Of a stretch of DNA of 64,000 bases, positions 1-11,521 are shown one piece after another. The translations under genes and the position numbers were made by a program. This DNA is from Actinomycetota bacterium. Lineage in GTDB: Bacteria; Actinomycetota; Thermoleophilia; Solirubrobacterales; Solirubrobacteraceae. The first letter of the stretch is position 1; each line of letters starts with the position of its first letter. The stretch covers positions 237,531-301,530 of the forward strand of contig JAFDWH010000004.1 in the NCBI GenBank assembly GCA_018268595.1. The letters are read 5' to 3'. Under the pieces are notes generated by a model. The model did not search any database. It saw nothing but the letters and a program-made list of their open reading frames with translations, and had not been told where the DNA came from.

Positions 1-1
1 C

Positions 2-511
2 AACGCGCTGCTGGCGGCTCACCCACTCGACGGGCGCGACTGGCTGGTCGTGCTCGACGACGACGTCGCGCTGCCGCACGGCTTCCTCGACCGGTTCCTG
101 TTCCTCGCCGAGCGCTTCGAGCTGAAGCTCGCGCAGCCGGCGCACCGGCGCCGCTCGCACGCCGCCTGGCGCGTGACGCGCCGCAGAGGCGGCAGCGTCG
201 TGCGCGAGACGCAGTTCGTCGAGATCGGCCCGCTGTGCGCCTTCCACCGCGACACGTTCGCGACGTTGCTGCCCTACCCGCCGCTGCGGGCCGGCTGGGG
301 GCTCGACTCGCACTGGGCCGCGCTCGCGCGCGCGCGCGGCTGGCGGATCGGCGTGGTCGACGCGACGCCGATCCGGCACGCGGTGCGCCCGATCGCCGGC
401 TCCTACCGCCGCACCGACGCGATGGCCGAGGCACAGGCGTTCCTCGCCGAGCGCCCGTACGTGACGGCCGCCGAGGCGCAGCGGACGCTCGCGACCCACG
501 GCGGTTGGTGA
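2..511 (+). CDS. glycosyltransferase family 2-like protein, C-terminal part (5' end outside window)
   Basis: Frame +2 is open from the window edge to the stop at 509-511. The translation ...DWLVVLDDDVALPHGF... has an acidic DxD-like motif typical of GT-A enzymes. It lies directly upstream of a GT1 gene. Confidence 0.6.
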   Translation, partial: NALLAAHPLDGRDWLVVLDDDVALPHGFLDRFLFLAERFELKLAQPAHRRRSHAAWRVTRRRGGSVVRETQFVEIGPLCAFHRDTFATLLPYPPLRAGWGLDSHWAALARARGWRIGVVDATPIRHAVRPIAGSYRRTDAMAEAQAFLAERPYVTAAEAQRTLATHGGW

Positions 512-573
512 GGATGACCGGCACCCCGCCGCACCGCCCGCCCGCCCACCTCCCGCACGCGGCCTGACTCGAC

Positions 574-1782
574 ATGCGCGTCGCGATCGTCGCCGAGTAC
601 TACCCGCGCGCGAGCGACCCGGTGCTCGGCGTGTGGGCGCACCGGCAGGCGCTCGCCGCGCGCGAGGCCGGCGCGGACGTGCGCGTGCTCGTGCTGCAGC
701 GCCCGCTGCCGCCGCTGGCGGCGGTCAAGCGCGGCGACGTGCGCGCCGCCCGCGCAGCTCTGAGCCAGCCGCGCCGCGCGCAGCTCGACGGGATCGACGT
801 GCAGTACGTCCGCTACCTCTCGCCGCCGCGCCCGTGGAGCTACGCGACCTGGGGCGCGTGGGCGGCCCCGGCGCTGCGCCGCGCGCTGCGCACGCTGCAC
901 GCTGACTTCCCGTTCGACCTCGTGCACGCGCACTACGCCGTCCCCGCGGGCGACGCGGTGCGCCGTGCGCACGCTGCGGCGCCGCTGGTCGTCTCCGTCC
1001 ACGGCGGCGACGTGCTGGCGACCGCGCAGCGCAGCACGCTGGCGCGCCGCACCGTGGAGCGCACGTTCGCGCACGCGCGGCTCGTGCTGGCCAACAGCGC
1101 GGGGACCGAGCGCCGCTGCCGGGCGCTCGGCGCGCACGCGCCGACGGTCGTGCACCTCGGCACCGATCTGCCGCCGGCGCCCGTCGCGCGCCGGCGCCCC
1201 GCGGACGCGCCCCCGACGCTCGTCACCGTCGGCCATCTGGTCGCACGCAAGCGCCACGCCGACGTGATCGAGGCGCTCGCGCTGCTGGCGCCGCGTCACC
1301 CCGCGCTGCGCTACGAGATCGTCGGCGACGGGCCCGAGCGCGGCGCGCTCGAACGGCTCGCGGGCGCGCGCGAGGTCCGCGATCGAGTCGACTTCGCGGG
1401 CCAGCTCCCGCCGGCGCAGGCGCGCGCCCACGCCGCCGCGGCCGACCTGTTCGTGCTGCCGAGCGTCGACGAGGCGTTCGGCGTCGCCTACGTCGAGGCG
1501 ATGGCCGCCGGCGTCCCGGCGATCGGCTGCGCCGGCGAGGACGGCCCGCGCGAGATCGCCGCCGCCGGACCCGGGCTCCTCGCGGTCCCGCCGCGCGACC
1601 CGCGCGCGCTCGCGGACGCGCTCGAGCGCCTGCTGTCCGACGACGACGCGCGCGCCGCGCTCGGGCGGCACGCGCGCACGACCGTCGAGCGGTCGTTCAC
1701 GTGGGAGCGCTGCGGGCGCGCGACGGTCGCCGCGTACGAGCAGGCGCTCGCCGCCCGTTTGCCGCTCGCGAACCCGGGGTAG
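574..1782 (+). CDS. glycosyltransferase family 1 (GT4-like)
   Basis: 402-aa ORF. The C-terminal half has the GT-B retaining-transferase signature 'LFVLPSVDEAFGVAYVEAMAAGVPAIG' (E-x7-E region). The start 'MRVAIVAEYYP' is typical of the family. Confidence 0.85.
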   Translation: MRVAIVAEYYPRASDPVLGVWAHRQALAAREAGADVRVLVLQRPLPPLAAVKRGDVRAARAALSQPRRAQLDGIDVQYVRYLSPPRPWSYATWGAWAAPALRRALRTLHADFPFDLVHAHYAVPAGDAVRRAHAAAPLVVSVHGGDVLATAQRSTLARRTVERTFAHARLVLANSAGTERRCRALGAHAPTVVHLGTDLPPAPVARRRPADAPPTLVTVGHLVARKRHADVIEALALLAPRHPALRYEIVGDGPERGALERLAGAREVRDRVDFAGQLPPAQARAHAAAADLFVLPSVDEAFGVAYVEAMAAGVPAIGCAGEDGPREIAAAGPGLLAVPPRDPRALADALERLLSDDDARAALGRHARTTVERSFTWERCGRATVAAYEQALAARLPLANPG

Positions 1783-1813
1783 CTGAGCCGGCAAGACGCT
1801 TCCCCGGCTCAGC
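1782..1813 (+). terminator. stem-loop directly after the GT1 stop codon (possible intrinsic terminator)
   Basis: GCTGAGCCGG (1782-1791) pairs perfectly with CCGGCTCAGC (1804-1813). No T-tract follows, which is common in high-GC genomes. Confidence 0.35.
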
Positions 1814-1999
1814 GCGCCTCGGGCCGGGGAGCGTCTGAAAGCCGCGCTGGCCTGGTCGGCGGGGGCCATCCCGGTCCCGGGCCCCCGCCGCCAGCGCGGC
1901 GACGCGGGCGCCCCGCAGCAACTTCGGGCCGTACCGATCGTTGAGGCACGCACGGGGGCGATCTCCGGCCCTTGCTAGCGTTCGCGCCCCCGCACGACG

Positions 2000-2605
2000 A
2001 TGCGCCCCCGCACGATCCCCACGACGCTCATCGCCTGCGTGCTGCTGCTCGCGCTGTCCACGGCCTCCGCCTGGGCGAACGCGTCGGACGACCGCATCAT
2101 CGCCGACTGCCAGAACTCGCCGACCGGCGCGCTGCGCGGCAGCTTCACGCAGAAGCAGCTCAACCACGCGCTGAACAACCTGCCGGGCGACATCCAGGAG
2201 TACACCGGCTGCTCGGAGGCGATCAAGCAGGCGATGCTCGCCGGAGCCGGCGGCGGGAGCGGCGGCGGGAGCGGAAACGGCGGCGGGGACGGCACGGGCG
2301 ACGGCTCTGGCGGAGGCGGCACGAGCGGCGGCGACAGCGCCGGCGGCATCGGCTCGCCGGTCGGCGGCACGAGCGGGTCCACAACCGCGGCGCCCCCGGC
2401 CGACACGCCCCCGCCGGCCGGTGCGGAGCGACCCGTCCGCGTGGCGGGCGCGACCGTCGCACCGGGCGCACTGCCGGTGATCGGCAAGGACTCGCACCGC
2501 CTCCCGCCCGCGCTGCTCGTCGCGCTTGCGCTGCTCGGCGTCGCGGCGCTCGTGCCGGCCGTGTTGACGATCGGACACCGTGTCGTCGGTCGTCGCGGCC
2601 CCTAG
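2000..2605 (+). CDS. secreted/membrane-anchored Gly-rich hypothetical protein
   Basis: N-terminal signal-like 'TTLIACVLLLALSTASAWA', a central GGGSGGGSGNGGGDGTGDGSGGGG tract, and a C-terminal hydrophobic helix 'LLVALALLGVAALVPAVLTI' followed by basic residues. Confidence 0.55.
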   Translation: MRPRTIPTTLIACVLLLALSTASAWANASDDRIIADCQNSPTGALRGSFTQKQLNHALNNLPGDIQEYTGCSEAIKQAMLAGAGGGSGGGSGNGGGDGTGDGSGGGGTSGGDSAGGIGSPVGGTSGSTTAAPPADTPPPAGAERPVRVAGATVAPGALPVIGKDSHRLPPALLVALALLGVAALVPAVLTIGHRVVGRRGP

Positions 2606-4727
2606 CGCGGACGCGGGCGCTGCGGCGTCCGGTCGCGCGGGCATCGTCTGGCGCGTGCGCCGCCGCATCGCCTCCCACCCCGACGCGCTCGTCGCGCTCG
2701 CGCTGGCGGCGCTGATCGTCGCGATCGCGTTCGTCGCGCGCAGCGGCTCCGTGCTGTCGCGCACCACGCTCGTCGAGCTGCTGCTGACGCTGCTCGGGGC
2801 GGCGATCGTCGCCGTCGCGCTCGTCGCGCGGCCGCCGGGGCGCCGGCTGTGGGGCGGCCTCACGCTGCTGCTGTTCGCGGCCCTCGCGGTCTGGACGGCG
2901 CTGTCGATCGCCTGGTCGGTGCAGCCGTCGGACTCGTGGGAGGCGGCGAACCTGACGCTCGCGTACCTCGCGACCTTCGCCGGCGCGCTCGCGCTCGCGC
3001 AGGTCGCGCCAGCACGCTGGCGCGGGGTGCTGGCCGCGGTCGTGCTCGCGTCGGTCGTCCTGTGCGCCTGGTCGCTGCTCGTCAAGTCGTTCCCGTCGAT
3101 CAGCTCGCTCGACCTGTACGCACGCCTGCGCGCGCCGTTCGACTACTGGAACGCGGTCGGCCTGATGGCGGCGTTGGGGATCCCCGGCTGCCTGTGGCTC
3201 GGCGCGCGGCGCGACGGCCACGCCGCGCTGTCGGCGCTCGCGGCCCCGGCGCTCGGCCTGCTGCTCGTCGCGCTGCTGCTGTCCTACGGACGCGGGCCGC
3301 TGCTGGCGGCGGTCGTCGCGACGGGCTGCTGGTTCGCGATCGTGCCGCTGCGACTGCGCGGGGCGGCGGTGCTGGCGACCGCCGGCGCCGGCGCGGCGAT
3401 CGTGTGCGCGTGGGCGTTCTCGAACGACGCGCTGACGAAGGACGGCACGCCGCTCGACGTGCGCGCCGACGCCGGCCACTCGCTCGGGCTGCTGCTGCTG
3501 GCGCTGCTGGTCGTGCTGCTGCTGGCGGGGCTCGCGCTGTCGTTCGCGATGTCGCGCTCGGCGCTCGCGCCGCCGACCCGCCGCGCGCTCGGCGCAACGC
3601 TGCTGGCGGCGCTGGCGCTCGTCCCGCTCGCGGGCATCGGCGCGCTGGCCGCCTCGCAGCGGGGGCTCACCGGCTCGATCTCGCACGGCTGGCACCAGTT
3701 GACCGACCCGAACGCGCAGCAGCCCGCGAACGCCCCGGGGCGCCTCGCGTCGGTCGGCGGGGTGCGAGCGCGCTACTGGGACAACGGCTTCACGATCTGG
3801 CGCGAGCAGCCGTGGCTCGGCGTCGGCGCGGACGGCTACGCGACCGCGCGCAAGCCGATCCAGCCCGACCGGCTGCGCGTGCGCCACGCGCACGGCTACG
3901 TCCCCCAGACGCTCGCCGACCTCGGCCTCGTCGGCATGGGGCTGAGCGTCGCGCTGCTGATCGCGTGGCTGGGCGCGGCGGCCCGCGCGACGGGCGTGCG
4001 ACCGCGCCGTCGCTGGGGCGCCTGGCTGCTCGCGCTCGCGCGCACGCGCGACGCGCGCCTGCGCCCGGCCGCGCGCCCGCGCCAGCCGCAGACGCCGGAG
4101 CGGATCGGGCTGATGACGCTCGCGACGACGGCGATCGCGTTCGGCGTCCACTCGACCGTCGACTGGACCTGGTTCGTCCCCGGCACGGCCGTGACGGGAC
4201 TGGTCGCCGCGGCCTGGGTCGCCGGCCGCGGGCCGCTCGGCGAGCTGGCGCCGTCACGCGCGGCGGGCCCGCGGCGGCGCGCGACCATGCACGCCCGCGC
4301 CGCGCTCGCGGCCGTCGTCGCCGTCGCCGGGCTCGCGGCCGCCTGGACGATCTGGCAGCCGCAGCGCTCGGCGCAGGCGAACGACGCCGCGCTGGCGGCG
4401 CTCGCCGACGGCCAGGCGCAGACGGCGCTCGCCGACGCGCAGGACGCCGCCGACCGCAACCCGCTGTCGATCGACCCGTTGCTGACGCTCGCCGCCGCCC
4501 AGCGCGCCGCGCACCAGACCGCCGCTGCGCGCAGCACGTTCGAGCGGATCGTGCGGCTCCAGCCGGCCAACCCGGAAAGCTGGCTGCGCTTCGGCGAGTT
4601 CGAGGCCGCCGAGGGCCACCCGCAGCGCGCGCTGAGACTGCTCGCGGCGGCGCTCTACCTCGATCCCAGAGGCCCCGAGGCGCAGAGCGCGTACGCGCAG
4701 GCGCAGCAACGCGCCGCCCAGCCGTAG
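2580..4727 (+). CDS. O-antigen ligase/polymerase-like (Wzy_C-type) integral membrane protein with C-terminal TPR region
   Basis: At least 10 hydrophobic helices. The loop 'GGVRARYWDNGFTIWREQPWLGVGADGY' resembles the O-antigen ligase family loop. The C-terminus 'LQPANPESWLRFGEFEAAEGHPQRALRLLAAALYLDP' is TPR-like. The start is uncertain (GTG 2580 or GTG 2655). Confidence 0.75.
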   Translation: MSSVVAAPSADAGAAASGRAGIVWRVRRRIASHPDALVALALAALIVAIAFVARSGSVLSRTTLVELLLTLLGAAIVAVALVARPPGRRLWGGLTLLLFAALAVWTALSIAWSVQPSDSWEAANLTLAYLATFAGALALAQVAPARWRGVLAAVVLASVVLCAWSLLVKSFPSISSLDLYARLRAPFDYWNAVGLMAALGIPGCLWLGARRDGHAALSALAAPALGLLLVALLLSYGRGPLLAAVVATGCWFAIVPLRLRGAAVLATAGAGAAIVCAWAFSNDALTKDGTPLDVRADAGHSLGLLLLALLVVLLLAGLALSFAMSRSALAPPTRRALGATLLAALALVPLAGIGALAASQRGLTGSISHGWHQLTDPNAQQPANAPGRLASVGGVRARYWDNGFTIWREQPWLGVGADGYATARKPIQPDRLRVRHAHGYVPQTLADLGLVGMGLSVALLIAWLGAAARATGVRPRRRWGAWLLALARTRDARLRPAARPRQPQTPERIGLMTLATTAIAFGVHSTVDWTWFVPGTAVTGLVAAAWVAGRGPLGELAPSRAAGPRRRATMHARAALAAVVAVAGLAAAWTIWQPQRSAQANDAALAALADGQAQTALADAQDAADRNPLSIDPLLTLAAAQRAAHQTAAARSTFERIVRLQPANPESWLRFGEFEAAEGHPQRALRLLAAALYLDPRGPEAQSAYAQAQQRAAQP

Positions 4728-4826
4728 TTCCTCAAGGCTTGCTGATCAATCGAATCTCCCACAGCAAACTGCAAACCTTCCAGCCGCTTGCAGCATCCCC
4801 GCCAGAGCGCAAATGTGCCACGTTGA

Positions 4827-5282
4827 ATGTGGCAAGCGGGCAAGCGGCCGCGCGTGCTGGTGGCCGACGGTGACGAAGACGCGCTGACGCAGACCGCCTT
4901 GCGGCTCGGTCGTGCCGGCTACGAGGTGCTCGTCGCGCGCGACGGCGAGGAGGCGCTCGCGCGCGCCGCCGCGGAGGCGCCCGACCTTTGCCTGATCGAC
5001 GCGATGACGCCGAAGCTGACCGGCTACGACGTCACCCGCCGGCTGCGCAGCGACCCGCGCACGAGCGACGTCCCGGTGCTGCTGATGACGGCCCAGGCGC
5101 AGCACCGCCAACCCGACGGCCCCGACCGCGTCGCCTATCTGCCCAAGCCCTGCAGCCCGCGCGCGCTCCGCGCCGGGGTGAGCGCCGCGCTCGCTCAGAA
5201 CGCCCCGCGCCGCATCAGCACGGCGGGGACCGTCTTCAGCAGGATCACGAGGTCGAGCGCGACCGACCAGCGCTCCAGGTAG
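4827..5282 (+). CDS. stand-alone response-regulator receiver domain protein
   Basis: 'RVLVADGDED...DLCLIDAMTPKLTGYDV...VPVLLMTAQ...YLPKP' fits the REC acidic pocket, phospho-Asp and conserved Lys pattern. No output domain. The 3' end overlaps the convergent gene by 88 nt. Confidence 0.75.
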   Translation: MWQAGKRPRVLVADGDEDALTQTALRLGRAGYEVLVARDGEEALARAAAEAPDLCLIDAMTPKLTGYDVTRRLRSDPRTSDVPVLLMTAQAQHRQPDGPDRVAYLPKPCSPRALRAGVSAALAQNAPRRISTAGTVFSRITRSSATDQRSR

Positions 5283-6709
5283 AGGAAGTCGAGCCGCACG
5301 AGGTCGTCGAAGTCGAGCTCGGCACGGCCCGACACCTGCCACAGGCCGGTGATCCCGGGCAGCACGAGGTAGCGCTTCTTGTGCCATTCGTCGAGCTTCG
5401 CGAAGTCGCGCAGCGGCAGCGGACGCGGCCCCACGAGCGACATCTCGCCGCGCACGACGTTCACGAGCTGCGGCAGCTCGTCGAGCGAGAAGCGCCGCAG
5501 CAGGCGCCCGACCGCCGTCACGCGCGGGTCGTCTCTGATCTTGAACAAGGCGCCGTCCATCTCGTTGAGCGCCTCGAGCTGCGCCTGCTTCCGCTCCGCG
5601 TCGTCGCGCATCGTGCGGAACTTGAGGCAGTCGAACGGCGCGCCGCCCATCCCCGGGCGCGCCGAGCGGTAGAGCACCGGGCCGCGCGAGGTCAGCTTGA
5701 CGGCGAGCGCGATCACCAGCAGCAGCGGCGACAGGAGCACCAGCAGCAGGGTCGCGCCGATCATGTCGAACGTGCGCTTGATCGCGTAGTCGACGCCCTC
5801 GAACACCGGCGGGCGCAGCGTGAACAGCGGCAGCGACTGGCCGGGGACGAATTCGGCCCGCTGCGTCAGGATGCCCATCGTCGAGGGCGCGACGTGCACC
5901 TCGATCCCGCGCCGATGACAGACGTCGACCAGCTCGACGGCCTTCTCCTGCGGGAAGTCGGGGTCGGCGATGATCACGTCCTGGACGCGGTGCGCGGACA
6001 GGATCTGCGGCAGCTCCGACAGCTCCCCCAGCGAGCGCAGGCCGTTGTCGGGACGCGGCGTCAGCGACACGTAGCCGACCGGCTCGATCCCGCCGTGCGG
6101 CGCGTCGGCGAGCGCGTGCGCGACCTGGTCGAGGTGCCGCCCGCTGCCGACGAGCAGCGTGCGGCGGCTGTAGCCGGCGCGTGCGAGCAGCCAGCCGCTG
6201 ATGCCGGTGTGCGCCCACCGCAGCGAGGAGATCGTCACGATCGCGAGCGCGAGCGAGCCGTAGAAGATGTAGTAGCTGGAGAACGTGTGGCCGCTCGCGA
6301 CCGAGAACACGAGCGCGACGACCGTCACCTGAAACAGTGAGGTGACGATGCGCGTCAGTCCGGGGCGGCGCGAGCGCTCGGCGTACAGGTCCGAGCGCGC
6401 GAACAGCAGCACCGTCAGCAGGTACGCGAACGCGAGGAAGTCGCGCGTCTGGCCGGAGGCGAGGCGCACGGCCTCGTCGAACGGGTAGCCACCCTTGACG
6501 AGCGCCTTCAGCAGCAGCGCGGCGAACAGCGCCGCCCACACGCCGGCGAAGTCGAGCGCCAACAGCGAGAGCACGCGCAGCGCCCTGCGCAGCGTCGCCA
6601 GGCGCAGCAGGAACGACAGCGCCGGCGGGCGCTTGCGGCGCACGTCGCGGTCCGGCAGGACCGCAGGGGCCTCTTCGAGCTGATCGAGCTTGACTGCGCC
6701 GTTCGCCAC
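5195..6709 (-). CDS. polyprenyl-phosphate sugar-phosphate transferase (WbaP/exopolysaccharide priming enzyme family)
   Basis: 504 aa with N-terminal TM helices. The C-terminal bacterial sugar transferase motifs are 'KFRTM', 'DDPRVT..GR.LRRFSLDELPQL' and 'GEMSLVGPRP'. Confidence 0.9.
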   Translation of the reverse strand: MANGAVKLDQLEEAPAVLPDRDVRRKRPPALSFLLRLATLRRALRVLSLLALDFAGVWAALFAALLLKALVKGGYPFDEAVRLASGQTRDFLAFAYLLTVLLFARSDLYAERSRRPGLTRIVTSLFQVTVVALVFSVASGHTFSSYYIFYGSLALAIVTISSLRWAHTGISGWLLARAGYSRRTLLVGSGRHLDQVAHALADAPHGGIEPVGYVSLTPRPDNGLRSLGELSELPQILSAHRVQDVIIADPDFPQEKAVELVDVCHRRGIEVHVAPSTMGILTQRAEFVPGQSLPLFTLRPPVFEGVDYAIKRTFDMIGATLLLVLLSPLLLVIALAVKLTSRGPVLYRSARPGMGGAPFDCLKFRTMRDDAERKQAQLEALNEMDGALFKIRDDPRVTAVGRLLRRFSLDELPQLVNVVRGEMSLVGPRPLPLRDFAKLDEWHKKRYLVLPGITGLWQVSGRAELDFDDLVRLDFLYLERWSVALDLVILLKTVPAVLMRRGAF

Positions 6710-6775
6710 CGTTCGGATCCTGCCTCCTCGCGCTTCAAACGGAAGCGCCCTGGCGTAGTTGCGGGTTCGCGCCGG

Positions 6776-7723
<948 letters not shown>

Positions 7724-7792
7724 GGCAGCGGAGAATACCCGCAGCTCCGGCCTTGACTACGATCGGACCGCCCCTGCAACCGAAGGAGTCTC

Positions 7793-8326
7793 ATGGCAGC
7801 CACCCGCTTCGTCGAGCGCCTCAACGAGCAGATCGCCTACGAGTTCGCCGCCTCTCAGCAGTACATCGCGAACGCCGTCTACTACGACGGCGAGACGTTG
7901 CCGCGGCTGGCCGCCTTCTTCTACGCGCAGGCGCTCGAGGAGCGCAACCACGCGATGATGATGATCAAGTACCTGCTCGACGCCGACGCGGAGGTCGCGA
8001 TCCCCGGCGTCGAGGCGCCCGAGACGGGCTTTGCCGACGTGGTGGCGCCGATCGCGCTCGCGCTCGACCAGGAGAAGCGCGTGAGCGACCAGATCGCCGC
8101 GCTCGTCGGGATCGCGCGCGAGGAGGGCGACTTCCAGAGCGAGCAGTTCATGCAGTGGTTCCTGAAGGAGCAGGTCGAGGAGGTCTCCTCGATGAACGAC
8201 CTGCTGACGGTCGCCGAGCGGCTCGCCGAGCGCCCGATGGACATCGAGGACTGGCTCGCGCGCGAGCAGCCGGGCGACAGCGGCTCCGACCCGACCGCGC
8301 CGGCCGCGGCCGGCGGCGGCGTCTGA
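7793..8326 (+). CDS. ferritin-like iron storage protein
   Basis: 'LNEQIAYEFAASQQY' and 'AQALEERNHAMMMIKYL' are ferritin di-iron site helices (E..Y, EExxH). Confidence 0.85.
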   Translation: MAATRFVERLNEQIAYEFAASQQYIANAVYYDGETLPRLAAFFYAQALEERNHAMMMIKYLLDADAEVAIPGVEAPETGFADVVAPIALALDQEKRVSDQIAALVGIAREEGDFQSEQFMQWFLKEQVEEVSSMNDLLTVAERLAERPMDIEDWLAREQPGDSGSDPTAPAAAGGGV

Positions 8327-8424
8327 CGCACCGCGCAGGCGCCGCGTCACGACATCGCGGCGCCTCTGCACCAATCGGCGCGTGAGCGCTTGCGCACCGC
8401 CGGAGCGGCCGTACGGTCGCCCCG

Positions 8425-8733
8425 GTGCGGCCACGCGAGACACAAGACCCTTGGGGTAGACGGGTCGTCCTGACCTCGTCAGGCTGGTCGCATGTCCTCA
8501 GAGGTCACCCCGAGATGCTCCGTCACCTGGACGAGGCCCTAACGACCATCCGCCGGCCGCACGCGATCACTCCCGATCCGATTCGCGGACGTTGGCGCTA
8601 CTGGCGTGCGGGCGCCGGCCCCACCCGGTGGCTGTTCGTCGTCGTGGACTGGCTCGACGCGGAGCCGGTCATCGTCACCGCATACGGACAGCCGAAGATC
8701 CGACTGCCGAGGGAGCGACATGGAACCGCTTGA
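8425..8733 (+). CDS. small putative toxin (DUF4258/BECR-like), hypothetical
   Basis: 102 aa. 'W.HVLRGHPEM...TI..P..I..D......YWR....WL.VVV......VTAY' resembles small RNase-fold toxin families. It overlaps the downstream DUF2283-like gene by 14 nt. The family assignment is from memory only. Confidence 0.4.
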   Translation: MRPRETQDPWGRRVVLTSSGWSHVLRGHPEMLRHLDEALTTIRRPHAITPDPIRGRWRYWRAGAGPTRWLFVVVDWLDAEPVIVTAYGQPKIRLPRERHGTA

Positions 8734-9040
8734 CCCGCCGCTCGTCATCGCCGGCGATGCGATGGACCGCTACGGCTATTACGAGCGGGGCGACGTCCTC
8801 TACCTCAGCGCCGGCGAACCGACCGGCGAACCGGCCCACGACACGGACGAGTCGCTCGAGGGCGACACGGTCTTCTTCGACGTCGACGGCCGCATCAGCG
8901 GCGTGACGATGATCGGTCCGCGCTTCATGCTGGAGCGGGACGGCACGCTCAACGTCACGTTGCCGGCGCGCGGCATCGCGGTTCGCTGGCCCCGCGAGCT
9001 GGTCGAGCCGCTGCTGCGCGAGACGCTCAGCTACGCCTGA
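8720..9040 (+). CDS. DUF2283-like protein (putative antitoxin partner)
   Basis: An internal ATG at 8720 gives 'MEPLDPPLVIAGDAMDRYGYYERGDVLYLSAGEP...DTVFFDVDGRISGVTMIG'. The pattern 'D.LY(I/L)...... D.DG.i.G(i/v)' is typical of DUF2283. Confidence 0.5.
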   Translation: MEPLDPPLVIAGDAMDRYGYYERGDVLYLSAGEPTGEPAHDTDESLEGDTVFFDVDGRISGVTMIGPRFMLERDGTLNVTLPARGIAVRWPRELVEPLLRETLSYA

Positions 9041-9750
9041 GCGCCGCGCGCGGGCGGCGGCGTGCCGTCGACCCAGCTCGCGGCGCCGTCCGCCTCGACC
9101 TCGCGCTTCCAGATCGGCGCGAGCGCCTTCAGTCGGTCGATGATCTCGCGGCCGCCCGCGAATGCCTCGCTGCGGTGCGGCGCCGAGACAGCGACGAGCA
9201 CCGACGCCTCCGACAGCGGCACGCTGCCGACGCGATGCTCGGCTGCCGCCGCGCACAGGCCGTGCCGTGCGATCGCGTCCGCGACGACGGCGCGCATCTG
9301 CTCCAGCGCCATCTCCGCGTAGGCCTCGTACTCCAGCGACGGCACCGTGCGCGTGACGCCGGAGAACGTCACGACCGCGCCGGCGCGCGGGTCGCGCACA
9401 CGCGCGAGCAACGCGTCGAGCGACAGCGGCCCGTCGACGATCGCCACGTGGGGAGCTGGCGCCGCCGCGACGGGCGGTCCTGCGTCCGCGGCCTCGCCTC
9501 CGGCGCCGCCTCCGGCCCCGCCGGAGACCGGCGGGATCAGCGCCAGCTCGTCGTCGGGCGCGAGCGGCGCGTCCGCGTCGGCGTACTCGCGGTTGACGGC
9601 CATCACGAGCGGCAGCCCGCCGGCCAGCGAGGCCACGTCCGGCGCGGCGAGCGCGTCGCGCACGCGCGCGCCGTCCGGCAGCTCGAGCGACAGCTCGCTC
9701 GCCCCGGCGCGCTCGCGCAGCTGCGCGAAGAGGCGGATGCGGACGACCAT
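9031..9750 (-). CDS. fused molybdopterin synthase MoaD-MoaE (MoaX-type)
   Basis: This is the last 239 codons of the 800-aa artefactual ORF. The N-terminal 'MVVRIRLFAQLRERAG...LIPPVSGG' is a MoaD fold with a C-terminal GG. A Gly/Ala linker follows, then MoaE motifs '(V)TFSGVTR', 'LEYEAYAEMA' and 'APIWKRE'. Confidence 0.8.
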   Translation of the reverse strand: MVVRIRLFAQLRERAGASELSLELPDGARVRDALAAPDVASLAGGLPLVMAVNREYADADAPLAPDDELALIPPVSGGAGGGAGGEAADAGPPVAAAPAPHVAIVDGPLSLDALLARVRDPRAGAVVTFSGVTRTVPSLEYEAYAEMALEQMRAVVADAIARHGLCAAAAEHRVGSVPLSEASVLVAVSAPHRSEAFAGGREIIDRLKALAPIWKREVEADGAASWVDGTPPPARGAQA

Positions 9751-9831
9751 GGCGCCAAGGGTACGCGCCGGACCGGGACGGTCGGTCCCGGCGGATACGT
9801 GCCACTCCTCGTGTCGTAACCTCCAGCCCCT

Positions 9832-11445
<1,614 letters not shown>

Positions 11446-11521
11446 CCACTCTCAGCAAACGCCGGCGTTTGAAAAGCGGGCGGCCGGGCATGGCTGCCGC
11501 ATTCCCCCACGGAGGTGAGAG

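Noticed and set aside
403-1953. Long antisense or alternative-frame ORFs rich in Arg/Ala/Gly/Pro. Examples: 403-1953(-), 1697-3085(-), 2223-4151(-), 2849-4873(+), 12701-17080(-), 27379-30561(-), 30591-33755(-), 44506-46761(-), 50703-54005(-).
   Set aside because: Their composition is typical of out-of-frame translation of high-GC DNA. Each overlaps a gene with clear family motifs on the other strand or frame, and none has a recognisable motif of its own.
5195-5282. 88-nt convergent overlap of the receiver gene and the sugar transferase, considered as an antisense regulatory feature.
   Set aside because: The receiver domain is complete well before the overlap. The extended tail may simply reflect a late stop codon in GC-rich sequence, and there is no structural evidence for regulation.
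9751-9831. Possible Moco or cobalamin riboswitch in the moaDE/mutase divergent spacer.
   Set aside because: The spacer is only ~80 nt with one short hairpin (CCGGGAC/GTCCCGG). It is too short and lacks the conserved riboswitch cores.
11448-11475. Palindrome CAAACGCCGGCGTTTG after the mutase gene, considered as an intrinsic terminator.
   Set aside because: It has no loop and is followed by an A-run rather than a T-run on the coding strand. It could act on the opposite strand, but no gene ends there.
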